Assembly: GCA_029564765.1 (NCBI GenBank)
Contig: JAKQPK010000004.1
Location: forward strand, 27,716-91,715
Length of the DNA stretch: 64,000 nt
Direction: 5' to 3'
Source of the DNA: Candidatus Omnitrophota bacterium
Lineage (GTDB): Bacteria; Omnitrophota; Gorgyraeia; Zapsychrales; Aceulaceae
The position numbers and the translations under genes are program-made. The notes beneath the pieces were generated by a model, which was given only the letters and a program-made list of their open reading frames with translations, was not told the DNA's origin and did not search any database. Positions 20,590-30,316 of the stretch are shown here, one piece after another. Each line of letters begins with the position of its first letter. The stretch's first letter is position 1.

Positions 20590-22278
20590 ATGCTTAAAGG
20601 GTACGTTTGTCTTCTGCTTCACACGCACCTGCCGTTTGTCCGCCACCCGGAAGAAGAGAATTTCCTTGAAGAAAGCTGGCTCTATGAAGCGATTACCGAA
20701 ACATACATCCCGCTGATCCAGATTTTTGATCAGCTCATCAAAGATGGTGTTGATTTTCGCATCACGATGTCCTTGACGCCCCCACTAGCGTCAATGCTCC
20801 AGGATCCGCTGCTACAAAATCGTTATATTCGCCATCTTAATAAGCTTATCGAATTGTCCGAGAAAGAGATCGAGCGAACAGCTTACGACAAGCTTTATCA
20901 TGGGCTTGCATTGATGTATCACCGAAAGTTCTTAGAGGCCAAAGATGTTTTTGTAAATCAATATCATCGTGATCTTGTCCGTGCGTTCAAAAGATTCCAA
21001 GATCTTGGATTTGTCGAGATCATCGCCTCAGCAGCAACACATGGTTTTTTACCCAATCTACAGGTCAATCCTAGCAGTGTCCATGCGCAGATCAAGATTG
21101 GCGTCGATCACTACAAAAAAACATTTGGTTGCCAACCAAAAGGATTTTGGCTTCCAGAATGCGCGTATTTTCCAGGCGTTGATAATGTGCTCAAGGAAGC
21201 AGGTATTCGCTATTTTATCGTTGATTCTCACGGCATCCTGCACGCGGACCCTCGCCCTAAATACAGCGTCTATGCACCATTATTTTGTCCGTCGGGAGTT
21301 GCCGCTTTTGGCCGCGACTGGGAGTCTTCAAAGCAGGTTTGGAGCGCCAAAGAAGGTTATCCTGGAGACGTCGATTACCGTGAATACTATCGAGATATCG
21401 GTTTCGAGCTTGATTATGATTATATCAAGCCATATATTCATCAGCTTGGTTTCCGAACAAATACAGGTATTAAGTATTGGCGTATCACCGGCAATACGGA
21501 ATACAAAGAGGTTTATCGCCCGGATTGGGCGCGCGAAAAAGCAGCGTCCCACGCGGGTAACTTTATGTTTAACCGCGAAAAACAGGTCGAGCATTTATCC
21601 GCGCACATGGACCGAAAACCTTTGATCCTGGCGCCTTACGATGCTGAACTTTTTGGCCATTGGTGGTACGAAGGGCCAATGTGGATCGATTTCTTAATGC
21701 GCAAAGTGGCCTTTGATCAAAAAACGATTAAATTCATAACACCAGGTGAGTACCTAACCCTTTATCCGACGAATCAGATGGCCATGCCTTCCGCATCGAC
21801 ATGGGGCTGGAAAGGGCACAATGAGTTCTGGCTTGAAGGCTCGAATGACTGGATCTATCCGCATCTGCACATGGCAGCAGAGCAAATGACGGAACTTGCG
21901 AAGAAATTTTCAGAACACATCGAGCGTCAACCAAAAAAGAAAACGTTGCTGCAGCGCGCGCTCAATCAAGCGGTACGCGAACTTGTTCTTGCCGAATCAA
22001 GCGATTGGCCATTTATCATGAAGACGAACACCATGGTCCCTTATGCGCATAAACGCGTTAAACAGCATCTTAATCGCTTTGGAAAGCTGCGAGAAGATAT
22101 CCTTAACGGCACGATCGATCCTGACTGGCTGACAGAAGTCGAATGGCGAGATAACATTTTTTCAGATATGGATTGCGCGGTATATTATCTGCTGCAGAAA
22201 AAAATAAAGGTAGTCAAAAAGAAAACCTGCACTAAAAAAATTCAACTTAAAAAAAGGAAGAAAAAAGCCTATGCCTAA
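20590..22278 (+). CDS. GH57 family 1,4-alpha-glucan branching enzyme
   Basis: N-terminal LLHTHLPFVRHP (GH57 region I HxHLP). Length and C-terminal helical domain fit GH57 branching enzymes. Unusual Lys-rich C-terminal tail. Confidence 0.75.
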   Translation: MLKGYVCLLLHTHLPFVRHPEEENFLEESWLYEAITETYIPLIQIFDQLIKDGVDFRITMSLTPPLASMLQDPLLQNRYIRHLNKLIELSEKEIERTAYDKLYHGLALMYHRKFLEAKDVFVNQYHRDLVRAFKRFQDLGFVEIIASAATHGFLPNLQVNPSSVHAQIKIGVDHYKKTFGCQPKGFWLPECAYFPGVDNVLKEAGIRYFIVDSHGILHADPRPKYSVYAPLFCPSGVAAFGRDWESSKQVWSAKEGYPGDVDYREYYRDIGFELDYDYIKPYIHQLGFRTNTGIKYWRITGNTEYKEVYRPDWAREKAASHAGNFMFNREKQVEHLSAHMDRKPLILAPYDAELFGHWWYEGPMWIDFLMRKVAFDQKTIKFITPGEYLTLYPTNQMAMPSASTWGWKGHNEFWLEGSNDWIYPHLHMAAEQMTELAKKFSEHIERQPKKKTLLQRALNQAVRELVLAESSDWPFIMKTNTMVPYAHKRVKQHLNRFGKLREDILNGTIDPDWLTEVEWRDNIFSDMDCAVYYLLQKKIKVVKKKTCTKKIQLKKRKKKAYA

Positions 22279-23716
22279 TATTCCAGAGATCAAAGGTGAA
22301 TTTCCGGATATCACTGTTGTTTCTTCTGATGATCGTTCGCTGGGGTCTTCCTTAGAACCTCTTTACGCGCCGTTTTCAAGCATCCATTGGCCTTCTGTCA
22401 GATCTTCGTTCGGCATCGCGCTTCATATGCATCAGCCGACCATTCCAGCAGAAACAGATGATGTGCGCAATGCGCGCCTGATCTCTAATTTGCAGCATAT
22501 GATGGAACATCAGCACACAGGGGACAACCACAATGCTCCTGTTTTTTTGAATTGCTATTCGCGCATGTCCGATATCATTCGCGAGTTGGCCGCTGCTGGT
22601 CAGAATCCAAGGGTTATGTTGGATTATTCTGGGAATTTACTATGGGGATTTAAGCAAATGGGTGAGGGGCGTGTCCTCGATAACCTTGCCCTGGTCACCT
22701 GTGATAAAAAGTATTATGCGCACGTTGAATGGCTTGGCACTACGTGGTCTCACGCGGTCGCTAGTTCAACGCCGATACCGGACATCAAGCTTCATGTGCT
22801 AGCCTGGCGAAAACATTTTGCGTCGATCTTCGGCAAAGAGGCTCTCAAGCGCGTGAAAGGTTTCTCCGCGCCGGAAATGCATTTGCCGATCCATCCAGAT
22901 GTTTGTTATGAATATCTCAAGGCGCTTAATGAATGCGGTTATCAGTGGCTAATGGTCCAAGAGCATACGATCGAAAATATGGATGGGAGTGGTATCCGAC
23001 GCCCTCATTTTCCGCATCGCCTTATCGCCCGAAATTCAAAAGGGGATGTTCAAGAGATGACCGTTCTGATCAAGACTCAGGGCTCTGACACAAAGCTGGT
23101 CGCTCAAATGCAACCTTATTATGAAGCAAAAACATTATCACCGCAGGAGTACGCTGGGATCGTTATCCCTGCGTATGTCGCTCAGATCGGCGATGGAGAG
23201 AATGGCGGTGTGATGATGAATGAATTTCCTCCGGGATATCGTCAAGCCTTTGCCGAGATTGGCCGCGAAGGAACGGTCGCAATGAATGGGTCTGAGTACC
23301 TGGAATTCATTTATGGCCTTGGCGCTCAAGAAAAGAAATTCATCCCTGTCCAACCGCGAGGACAAAAACGTATCTGGGATACTGTTGGCAGTGCTCTTGG
23401 CCCTGGTGCTTGTGATCACGCGATCGATGAGATCAAGAAAAGTGATCCCGGCTTTAATCTTGATAAAGGCTCTTGGACTAGTGATCGCGACTGGGTTAAA
23501 GGGTATGAAAGCGTCCTCGATCCTATTAATCAGTTAAGCGCGAGATTTCATCAAGTGTTCGACCCGGCCAAGGTGTCCACAGCTAATCCAAAATATAAAA
23601 ACGCTTTGCTTTATTTGTTGCTTTCACAAACAAGCTGTTTTCGTTATTGGGGAGAAGGCTTGTGGACAGAGTACGCTCGCGAGATCTGTCGTCGAGGTTT
23701 TGATACGCTTGCGTGA
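22271..23716 (+). CDS. second GH57 family glycoside hydrolase
   Basis: ALHMHQP motif near N-terminus (HxHQP of GH57). Confidence 0.55.
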   Translation: MPNIPEIKGEFPDITVVSSDDRSLGSSLEPLYAPFSSIHWPSVRSSFGIALHMHQPTIPAETDDVRNARLISNLQHMMEHQHTGDNHNAPVFLNCYSRMSDIIRELAAAGQNPRVMLDYSGNLLWGFKQMGEGRVLDNLALVTCDKKYYAHVEWLGTTWSHAVASSTPIPDIKLHVLAWRKHFASIFGKEALKRVKGFSAPEMHLPIHPDVCYEYLKALNECGYQWLMVQEHTIENMDGSGIRRPHFPHRLIARNSKGDVQEMTVLIKTQGSDTKLVAQMQPYYEAKTLSPQEYAGIVIPAYVAQIGDGENGGVMMNEFPPGYRQAFAEIGREGTVAMNGSEYLEFIYGLGAQEKKFIPVQPRGQKRIWDTVGSALGPGACDHAIDEIKKSDPGFNLDKGSWTSDRDWVKGYESVLDPINQLSARFHQVFDPAKVSTANPKYKNALLYLLLSQTSCFRYWGEGLWTEYAREICRRGFDTLA

Positions 23717-23719
23717 ACT

Positions 23720-24352
23720 ATGCAGACGATCCTTAAGCGCCTTGGCCAAAAGGACCGCCAGGCGATCCGTCAAGTCCTAAACATTTACCATGATGTTGAT
23801 AAAGAAACTCTGCGATTTGCCCGTCGGACGCATATTTCTTGCCCGCCGCGGTGCGGTCTGTGCTGTCAAAGCCCAAAGGTCGAGGCAAGCGTCCTTGAAA
23901 TGTTACCGCTGGCGGTAAAACTGTGGTCTGAAGAAAAAGGCATGTCATGCCTTGAGAATATTGAAAAAAAGCATGCGCAAAAACGTTGTTTCTTTTTCGA
24001 TCCTGATCCGCACAATGCTTTTCAAGGCCGCTGTGGCGCATATCAATGGCGGCCTTTGATCTGCCGCTTGTTCGGATTTTCTTTAAATAAAAATAAATAT
24101 GGGTCCTATGCTTACAGCGGGTGCAAAACTATTAACCATGCTTTGGCTGAAGGGCATTTTGATCTAACGAAATTGACCCAATCGAAAATTCCTCTTACGA
24201 CTATGGCGAATTTTACCATGCGCCTTTCGGGGATCAGTACCTCAAGATACGACACCAAACCTCTCGCTATCAACATGGCGATTAAATTTGCGTTAGAAAA
24301 AATTGGATTTGAACTGGAAAAACACCAGTGGAAATGTAGAATAAAGCAGTAG
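23720..24352 (+). CDS. YkgJ-family cysteine-cluster protein (CxxCxxCC)
   Basis: CPPRCGLCCQS motif and C-terminal CGAYQWRPLICRLFG. Confidence 0.55.
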   Translation: MQTILKRLGQKDRQAIRQVLNIYHDVDKETLRFARRTHISCPPRCGLCCQSPKVEASVLEMLPLAVKLWSEEKGMSCLENIEKKHAQKRCFFFDPDPHNAFQGRCGAYQWRPLICRLFGFSLNKNKYGSYAYSGCKTINHALAEGHFDLTKLTQSKIPLTTMANFTMRLSGISTSRYDTKPLAINMAIKFALEKIGFELEKHQWKCRIKQ

Positions 24353-24362
24353 AGAGGATCCT

Positions 24363-24980
24363 ATGAAACGATTTCTGGCCCACCTTAAAACATACATGTT
24401 TCGCGGTATTTTAGCCGCCATCCCGATCGTGTTATCCTACATCGTCCTTCGTTTTTTGTACCTGACGATCGACAAGCGTGTTGTTATCCTGGTCGATCAC
24501 TATTTTGGCCTTATTATCCCAGGGATAGGCATTGTGGCGTTCTTGATATTGCTATATTTCTTGGGATTACTGGCAAGTAATTTTATTGGTCGTCGGTTTT
24601 TTAGTCTTATTGAGCATATTGCCAACCGGATCCCGATCGTTAGTTCGACGTATAAGATCGGAAAACAGATCTCCTCAACTTTTTCACTGCCAGAAAAAGA
24701 GATCTTTAAAAAAGCTGTTTTACTTGAACACTTCTCAAAAGATGTTTGGACCATTGGATTTGTGACGGGGACGATCTTTGACGCGGCGACAAACGAAAAG
24801 CTCTATAAAGTTTTCGTCCCAACAGTTCCCAATCCCACGTCCGGCTTTATTGCCATCGTGAAAGAATCTCAAGTGCGTGATCCAGGCTGGTCCGTTGAAG
24901 AAGGCTTAAAAGCAGTTATATCCGCAGGGATCATTAGCCCTGCGCAGGTCTTAAGCCCTCCACAGAAAACAATTTTATGA
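24363..24980 (+). CDS. DUF502 family membrane protein
   Basis: Two N-terminal TM segments followed by RRFFSLIEHIANRIPIVSSTYKIGKQ, the DUF502 signature. Confidence 0.6.
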   Translation: MKRFLAHLKTYMFRGILAAIPIVLSYIVLRFLYLTIDKRVVILVDHYFGLIIPGIGIVAFLILLYFLGLLASNFIGRRFFSLIEHIANRIPIVSSTYKIGKQISSTFSLPEKEIFKKAVLLEHFSKDVWTIGFVTGTIFDAATNEKLYKVFVPTVPNPTSGFIAIVKESQVRDPGWSVEEGLKAVISAGIISPAQVLSPPQKTIL

Positions 24981-25330
24981 ACCGCATTCTTCTCACATGC
25001 CTGATGCTTACGGCCAGCAATGTCTTTATGACATTCGCATGGTATGCGCACCTTAAGAATCTCAGTGCGCGGCCATGGTTCTATGCCGCTATGTTTAGCT
25101 GGGGGATAGCGTTTTTTGAGTATATCATTCAAGTTCCCGCGAATCGCATAGGCCATCAAACGATGAGCCTAGGACAGCTAAAGATCTTGCAAGAAGTGAT
25201 CACTTTGTCTGTCTTCATCCCATTCGCGATCTTTTACATGAAAGAAGACCTGAAGTTGGATTATTTGTGGGCTGCTCTGTGCATTTGCGCCGCGGCATTC
25301 TTTATTTTTCGTTCCAAAGGCATTGGCTAA
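24977..25330 (+). CDS. small DMT-superfamily membrane protein (DUF486-like)
   Basis: 117 aa, four predicted TM helices. Confidence 0.5.
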   Translation: MNRILLTCLMLTASNVFMTFAWYAHLKNLSARPWFYAAMFSWGIAFFEYIIQVPANRIGHQTMSLGQLKILQEVITLSVFIPFAIFYMKEDLKLDYLWAALCICAAAFFIFRSKGIG

Positions 25331-25429
25331 TTGTTTTACGGCCGATCTTCTCAACAACTTCTTGCCTCCTAAACACTGAACGAATAAAAATAGAAATATA
25401 TTTGCGTATTTTTTAATGCATTGGATAAT

Positions 25430-26830
25430 ATGAGTATGTTTCTTAAGAGAATCCTACGAAGTCGCTTGATCAATTATAATCCGGAAGCGCTCATTCTTTT
25501 GAGTTTTATGACGGCTATCCTGATCGGCACGTTTTTGCTTAAATTGCCTATTTCGGTCCAAAACGGCCAGACGCTGTCCTGGGTAAACGCGTTCTTTACC
25601 GCAACATCCGCCACCTGCATTACAGGGTTAGGCGTTATAGATATTGGAACAGGCTTATCTTTTTTTGGTCAAATCGTTGTTTTGGTCCTGATCCAGATCG
25701 GTGGCTTAGGCATTATGACGTTATCATTGCTATTCTTAATGCTGCTTCGCCGCCGCTCATCTCTGACAACACGCTCATGCCTGATGTCATTATCCAACGA
25801 GATCGATATCAAAAGTATCCGCGGGGCGGTCTTAAAGATCCTTTCCTTCACGTTAACGATCGAATTGATCGGCGCAGGACTTCTTTTTCTTTACTTGCGA
25901 AATTATCATCCGACCCAGACGGCTATTTACAGTTCTGTGTTCCATTCGATCTCTGCGTTTTGTAACGCTGGGTTTAGCATTTACAAGGAAAATTTTCTTG
26001 TGTTCCAACGTGTTCCATATGTCCAGATCATTGCGATGGTATTAGCGATCATCGGAGGGATCGGGTTTGTCGTGATCAGTGATTTCTTTCATGTCTTTGC
26101 GCCTAAAAAGAACGGCCAGCGAAAAACACTTAGTTCCCATAGCAAAATGGCTCTCATTGGCAGCGGTTTTCTGATCGTACTAGGAGCGCTCGTGATATGG
26201 TCCTTCGAGCGCAGCGAGCAGCTATCCGCTATGCCATTATGGGACCAGATCATGAACGCGCTGTTTTTGTCGAGCGCTTCACGAACCGTTGGCTTTAATG
26301 CTCTTGATATTTCTTTACTGTCGAATGCGACATTATTCTTTGTTGTGATCCTTATGTTCATCGGCGGCTCTCCAGGGTCAACGGCAGGAGGTGTCAAGGT
26401 CAACACGGTTTTTGTGCTGCTTTGTTTTGTTGTCAGCCAGGTTAAAGGGTCCACGAGCACAAACTTTTTAAAACGCAAGATCCCTAATGATATCGTTCAT
26501 AAGGCTGCGGCGATCATTTTGATCTCGCTTGTTTTTGTTGTGCTGTCGGTCTTTGTTTTACAGGTTACGGAAAGCATTGATGATCCAGCGCGCTACGGAG
26601 GCAATAACCAGAATTTTCTGATCCTTGTTTTTGAAGCTGTATCAGCCCTTGGGACTGTGGGGCTTTCCATGGGAGTAACACAAACACTTTCGACCCATGG
26701 AAAACTGATCATCATTTTGCTGATGTATATCGGTCGCGTCGGGCCGCTCACTCTTGCTTTCGCCTTACAGAGATTATCGACGCGGCCAGCTAAATATGAA
26801 CACCCTGAAGAAGATATTTTTATTGGATAA
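25430..26830 (+). CDS. trkH: TrkH/KtrB family potassium transporter
   Basis: Repeated pore-loop motifs (TATSATCITGLGV, CNAGFS, SRTVGFN, LGTVGLSMG). Start moved to ATG at 25430. Confidence 0.85.
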   Translation: MSMFLKRILRSRLINYNPEALILLSFMTAILIGTFLLKLPISVQNGQTLSWVNAFFTATSATCITGLGVIDIGTGLSFFGQIVVLVLIQIGGLGIMTLSLLFLMLLRRRSSLTTRSCLMSLSNEIDIKSIRGAVLKILSFTLTIELIGAGLLFLYLRNYHPTQTAIYSSVFHSISAFCNAGFSIYKENFLVFQRVPYVQIIAMVLAIIGGIGFVVISDFFHVFAPKKNGQRKTLSSHSKMALIGSGFLIVLGALVIWSFERSEQLSAMPLWDQIMNALFLSSASRTVGFNALDISLLSNATLFFVVILMFIGGSPGSTAGGVKVNTVFVLLCFVVSQVKGSTSTNFLKRKIPNDIVHKAAAIILISLVFVVLSVFVLQVTESIDDPARYGGNNQNFLILVFEAVSALGTVGLSMGVTQTLSTHGKLIIILLMYIGRVGPLTLAFALQRLSTRPAKYEHPEEDIFIG

Positions 26831-26841
26831 AAGGAGGATGT

Positions 26842-27498
26842 ATGAACGCACGTAGCGCGCTTATTATCGGGTTAGGGCAGTTTGGGTCCACGCTGGTAGA
26901 AGATCTTTCGAAAAAAGGCTGGGAGCTGATCGTTATTGATAGCGATCCAGAGAAAGCCCAACACGTCAAAGACCGCGTCAGCCAGGTTATCATTGCGGAT
27001 GCCGCGAACCGAGAGATCCTGCAAAAATTTGCAACACAAGCAGAGATGACCATTGTCTGTTCCGGTGAAAAGATCGACAATAGCGTTCTTATCACGTATT
27101 ACCTGAAGGATATTGGTATCAAACGGATCTTAGCGAAGGCATCCAGCAGGGAGCACGGAGAGATCCTACGCGCGGTTGGCGCGGATCAGATATTGTTCCC
27201 AGAGCGCGAGACTGCGCAGCGCTTAGCCCTGAACCTGACTTCGCCTGATATTATGGAGGTCATTAAGCTGTCTGATAATTTTGACATTGTTGAAGCTTCT
27301 ATCCCCGATAGTTTTATCGGAAAAACGATCAAAGAATTAGCTTTACGTAATAAATATCAGATCGATGTTCTCGCGATCAAGAACGCGTTAACCGGCAATT
27401 TGATCATCATGCCGCCCGCCGAGCACAAATTTAGTCCAGATGACATCATGATCATCATCGGAGGGATCGACTCTATTGAGAAGTTCAACATCCGATGA
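26842..27498 (+). CDS. trkA: TrkA/KtrA potassium uptake regulatory subunit
   Basis: IIGLGQFGSTL Rossmann motif plus C-terminal TrkA_C-like region. Confidence 0.85.
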   Translation: MNARSALIIGLGQFGSTLVEDLSKKGWELIVIDSDPEKAQHVKDRVSQVIIADAANREILQKFATQAEMTIVCSGEKIDNSVLITYYLKDIGIKRILAKASSREHGEILRAVGADQILFPERETAQRLALNLTSPDIMEVIKLSDNFDIVEASIPDSFIGKTIKELALRNKYQIDVLAIKNALTGNLIIMPPAEHKFSPDDIMIIIGGIDSIEKFNIR

Positions 27499-27613
27499 TC
27501 CACGATTTGGCAAGATCACCAACATAAATGCTTACCGTAGCAAGCAAACATCAACGACGCATGTCGCGTGCGCCCAAGATCCATAAAAATTATTGTTATC
27601 AGAGGGTCTCTGT

Positions 27614-27630
27614 GCTATAGTTCATATAGC
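27614..27630. promoter_or_regulatory. palindrome GCTATA-gttca-TATAGC, candidate MarR operator
   Basis: Perfect 6-bp inverted repeat with 5-bp spacer, 40 nt upstream of marR ATG. Confidence 0.35.
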
Positions 27631-27670
27631 AAATAGTTAGGGAAGCTAATCATTCTCAAAGGAGTCCAGC

Positions 27671-28123
27671 ATGGCCCTCACATTAGAACGATACGCGGAA
27701 GCAGTTCTCGAGATCTTTCCGGTGATCATCCGCGAGTTCTTGCGTCAACCCAATATGAAGGTTGCCAAGATCCCCTTGACGGTCCCACAGCTGTTCATTA
27801 TGGACTATCTCTATCGCCATGACAGATCAAAGATGAAGGATTTGGCCGGTTTTATGAACGTCACAATGGCCACCATGACAGGGATCGTCGATCGGCTTGT
27901 TAGGGATGGCTATGCGGCCCGGACCGTCGACGCTAATGACCGGCGTGTTGTCAGCATTGTTTTATCAGCTAAGGGAATGGCTTTGGCTAAAAAGATCCAC
28001 CAGATCCGCCGTGAAGGGATCATGCATCTTTTTCAGAAAATCTCAATGAAGGATCGCGCGAACTACCTTAAGATCCTATCATTGATCCGTGATGCATGTC
28101 AAAAAGGCACGAATGAGAAATAA
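27671..28123 (+). CDS. MarR family transcriptional regulator
   Basis: LTVPQLFIMDYLY...LVRDGYAARTVDANDRRVVSIVLSAKG winged-helix MarR signature. Confidence 0.85.
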   Translation: MALTLERYAEAVLEIFPVIIREFLRQPNMKVAKIPLTVPQLFIMDYLYRHDRSKMKDLAGFMNVTMATMTGIVDRLVRDGYAARTVDANDRRVVSIVLSAKGMALAKKIHQIRREGIMHLFQKISMKDRANYLKILSLIRDACQKGTNEK

Positions 28124-29402
28124 AACCCAAGATACTGCCATCATTATTCTTTTCTATTTTCTTACCATTTTTTGCTGCCCACCGCCCAGCGCGTTCGCAG
28201 AAGAGCTTGTGCTGACCCTTGATGAGGCGATCACGCTTGCTTTACGGGATAATCGATCCATACGCTTACAAGCGCAGGATGTCGCGCGCATCAAAGCTCA
28301 GCTCGCAAGTGATAAAAGCGAGCTTTGGCCAACGTTGACCTTTGCCGGTACACAGCAGTACGATAAAGGATACTATCCCGCGGACATGAGCTCGACGATC
28401 ACGCAGACATCGATCCGTCAATACCTTTACAAGGGAGGCTCGATCACGAACCAGATCGAGAAAACAAAATATGATATGCAAGCCGCACAAGCGATCACGA
28501 CCAAGGCGCGGCATGAGATCATTTTAACCGTTACGAAAACTTTTTGCGCGACACTGCTAGCCCAAGAATACGCGCGCCTTAATAAAGCGATCGCAGACAA
28601 TACGCAGCAACATCTAGAATTTATTTCTGCTCGCTATCAAAAAGGGTTGGCGTCCGAGAATGATATTCTTCGGCTTAAGAACTCTTTGGAAAACGTCGCT
28701 GTGGTCTATTATGAATCGCTCGATCAGATCAGCTCGCTAAAAGCGATCCTCCGCAATGCGCTCTATCTTGAAAACGACATTGCTTTATCCCTGACAGGAG
28801 CCCTCGCGTACGAGCCAAGGGATTTTCTTTACGATGAGAGTTTCTTAGAGGCTTTGGCAAGCCGTCCTGAGATTAAAGAATTTGAGGCCCGTGAGAGATC
28901 CGGTATCAAAGCGATCGAGATCGCGAAAGCAGATGGACGTCCAACGATCCATGCCTCTTGGGATTACTACAGCCGTTCGCATATCCTTTCAACAGCATCA
29001 AAGAATTGGAACGACAACATGGTGATCGGTGTAACATTCTCTTGGCCTGTCTTTGACGGCTGGGGCACGAAAGCAAAGGTGGACCAAGCGATCACGGATC
29101 TCAAGCAAGTACAGCTCTTAAAGGAAAAAACGATCAAAGATATCGCGCTGGAACTTAAACAAGCGTATCTTATTCTAAAGGGTTCAATGTCACGGCTCCA
29201 AGCTGTCGAAGCGGAGCTTGTCTGGTATGAAAATTCGATCAAAAAGGTCGTCGCGCAATACGAAAAAGGGGAAGCAAGCCAGCTTGATCTTTCGGACGCG
29301 CAGATAGGCCGGGATATTTCGATCTTTAAAAAGACCCAAGCGGTCTATGATTACCTGATCGCTCATGCTGATTTTCTTAAGGCCACCGGAGGATTACAAT
29401 GA
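28089..29402 (+). CDS. TolC-family outer membrane efflux protein
   Basis: Signal peptide then two OEP-like helical repeats. True start may be MRNK at 28113, overlapping the marR stop. Confidence 0.75.
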   Translation: MMHVKKARMRNKTQDTAIIILFYFLTIFCCPPPSAFAEELVLTLDEAITLALRDNRSIRLQAQDVARIKAQLASDKSELWPTLTFAGTQQYDKGYYPADMSSTITQTSIRQYLYKGGSITNQIEKTKYDMQAAQAITTKARHEIILTVTKTFCATLLAQEYARLNKAIADNTQQHLEFISARYQKGLASENDILRLKNSLENVAVVYYESLDQISSLKAILRNALYLENDIALSLTGALAYEPRDFLYDESFLEALASRPEIKEFEARERSGIKAIEIAKADGRPTIHASWDYYSRSHILSTASKNWNDNMVIGVTFSWPVFDGWGTKAKVDQAITDLKQVQLLKEKTIKDIALELKQAYLILKGSMSRLQAVEAELVWYENSIKKVVAQYEKGEASQLDLSDAQIGRDISIFKKTQAVYDYLIAHADFLKATGGLQ

Positions 29403-30316
29403 AGAGAACTGTTATCATTATAACCATCTTGATCTTTAGCGTTTTTGTTGTTGTGGGATTCGCGCGTTTTTATTTGGATAAATATCGATCAAAAATAGAG
29501 ATCGTCGATCATGCCATTCCTGTTCAGGTCGAGAAGGCGCAAACGCGTACGATGAATCGAAGCTTGGAGTATGTGGGCAATGTCAGAGCTCAAGAAGAAG
29601 CGCTGATCTATCCTAAGGTTCCAGGAAAGCTGATCGAAAAAATAAAAGTAGAAGGGGATGCGGTAAAAAAAGGTGATGTGCTCATGTATATCGACCGTGA
29701 TGAAGTAGGCTTGCGCTTTGAAAAAGCTCCTGTCGAGAGCCCAATGGATGGTGTCGTCGGAGGGATATCTGTTGACCTCGGAGAACATCTAACTACGCAA
29801 ACCGCGGTTGGCTTGATCGTTAAAATGGATCAGATGAAGATCGTGATCGATATTCCTGAGATCTATGCCACAAAGATCTTTTTTGATCAAGCTGTTCATT
29901 TGCAGTTCGATGCGTATCCTGGTGATATCTTTAATGGCCGTATCACGAAGATCAGCCCGATCGTGAATACGGCAAACCGATCTTTTCCCATAGAGATCCT
30001 TATCCCTAATCCTGAGGATAAATTAAAATCAGGCATGTTCGCGAAAGTAGAGATCGTGATCGAGGCGCATCAAGACGCTATCGCGGTACGCAAAGAAGCG
30101 ATCATGGGTAAAGAGCCTAACGCGTATGTTTATGTTATCAACAACGATACTGCACAATTACGCGGCGTTACATTGGGAATTCGCAGCGCGGATCTAGTGG
30201 AGGTTACAAGCGGTGTTGATCCAGATGATGCAGTTGTGATCATGGGTCAGCAACGCCTTTTTGATGGAGCGAAGGTACGTGTTGATACGCGATCCCGGCA
30301 GGAGTTCAAGCTATGA
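29399..30316 (+). CDS. RND efflux periplasmic adaptor (MFP/HlyD family)
   Basis: N-terminal TM anchor, biotinyl-lipoyl-like and beta-barrel regions. Overlaps flanking genes by 4 nt. Confidence 0.8.
   Translation: MKRTVIIITILIFSVFVVVGFARFYLDKYRSKIEIVDHAIPVQVEKAQTRTMNRSLEYVGNVRAQEEALIYPKVPGKLIEKIKVEGDAVKKGDVLMYIDRDEVGLRFEKAPVESPMDGVVGGISVDLGEHLTTQTAVGLIVKMDQMKIVIDIPEIYATKIFFDQAVHLQFDAYPGDIFNGRITKISPIVNTANRSFPIEILIPNPEDKLKSGMFAKVEIVIEAHQDAIAVRKEAIMGKEPNAYVYVINNDTAQLRGVTLGIRSADLVEVTSGVDPDDAVVIMGQQRLFDGAKVRVDTRSRQEFKL

Noticed and set aside
20969-21625. 218-aa + strand ORF overlapping the GH57 branching enzyme in another frame
   Set aside because: It is fully contained in a well-supported GH57 coding sequence. 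Its protein is Ser/Arg-rich and motif-free, typical of an alternative-frame artefact.
25331-25429. c-di-AMP (ydaO-type) riboswitch upstream of trkH
   Set aside because: The leader is only about 90 nt, AT-rich, and lacks the ACGGGGA/CCCGA-type conserved segments.
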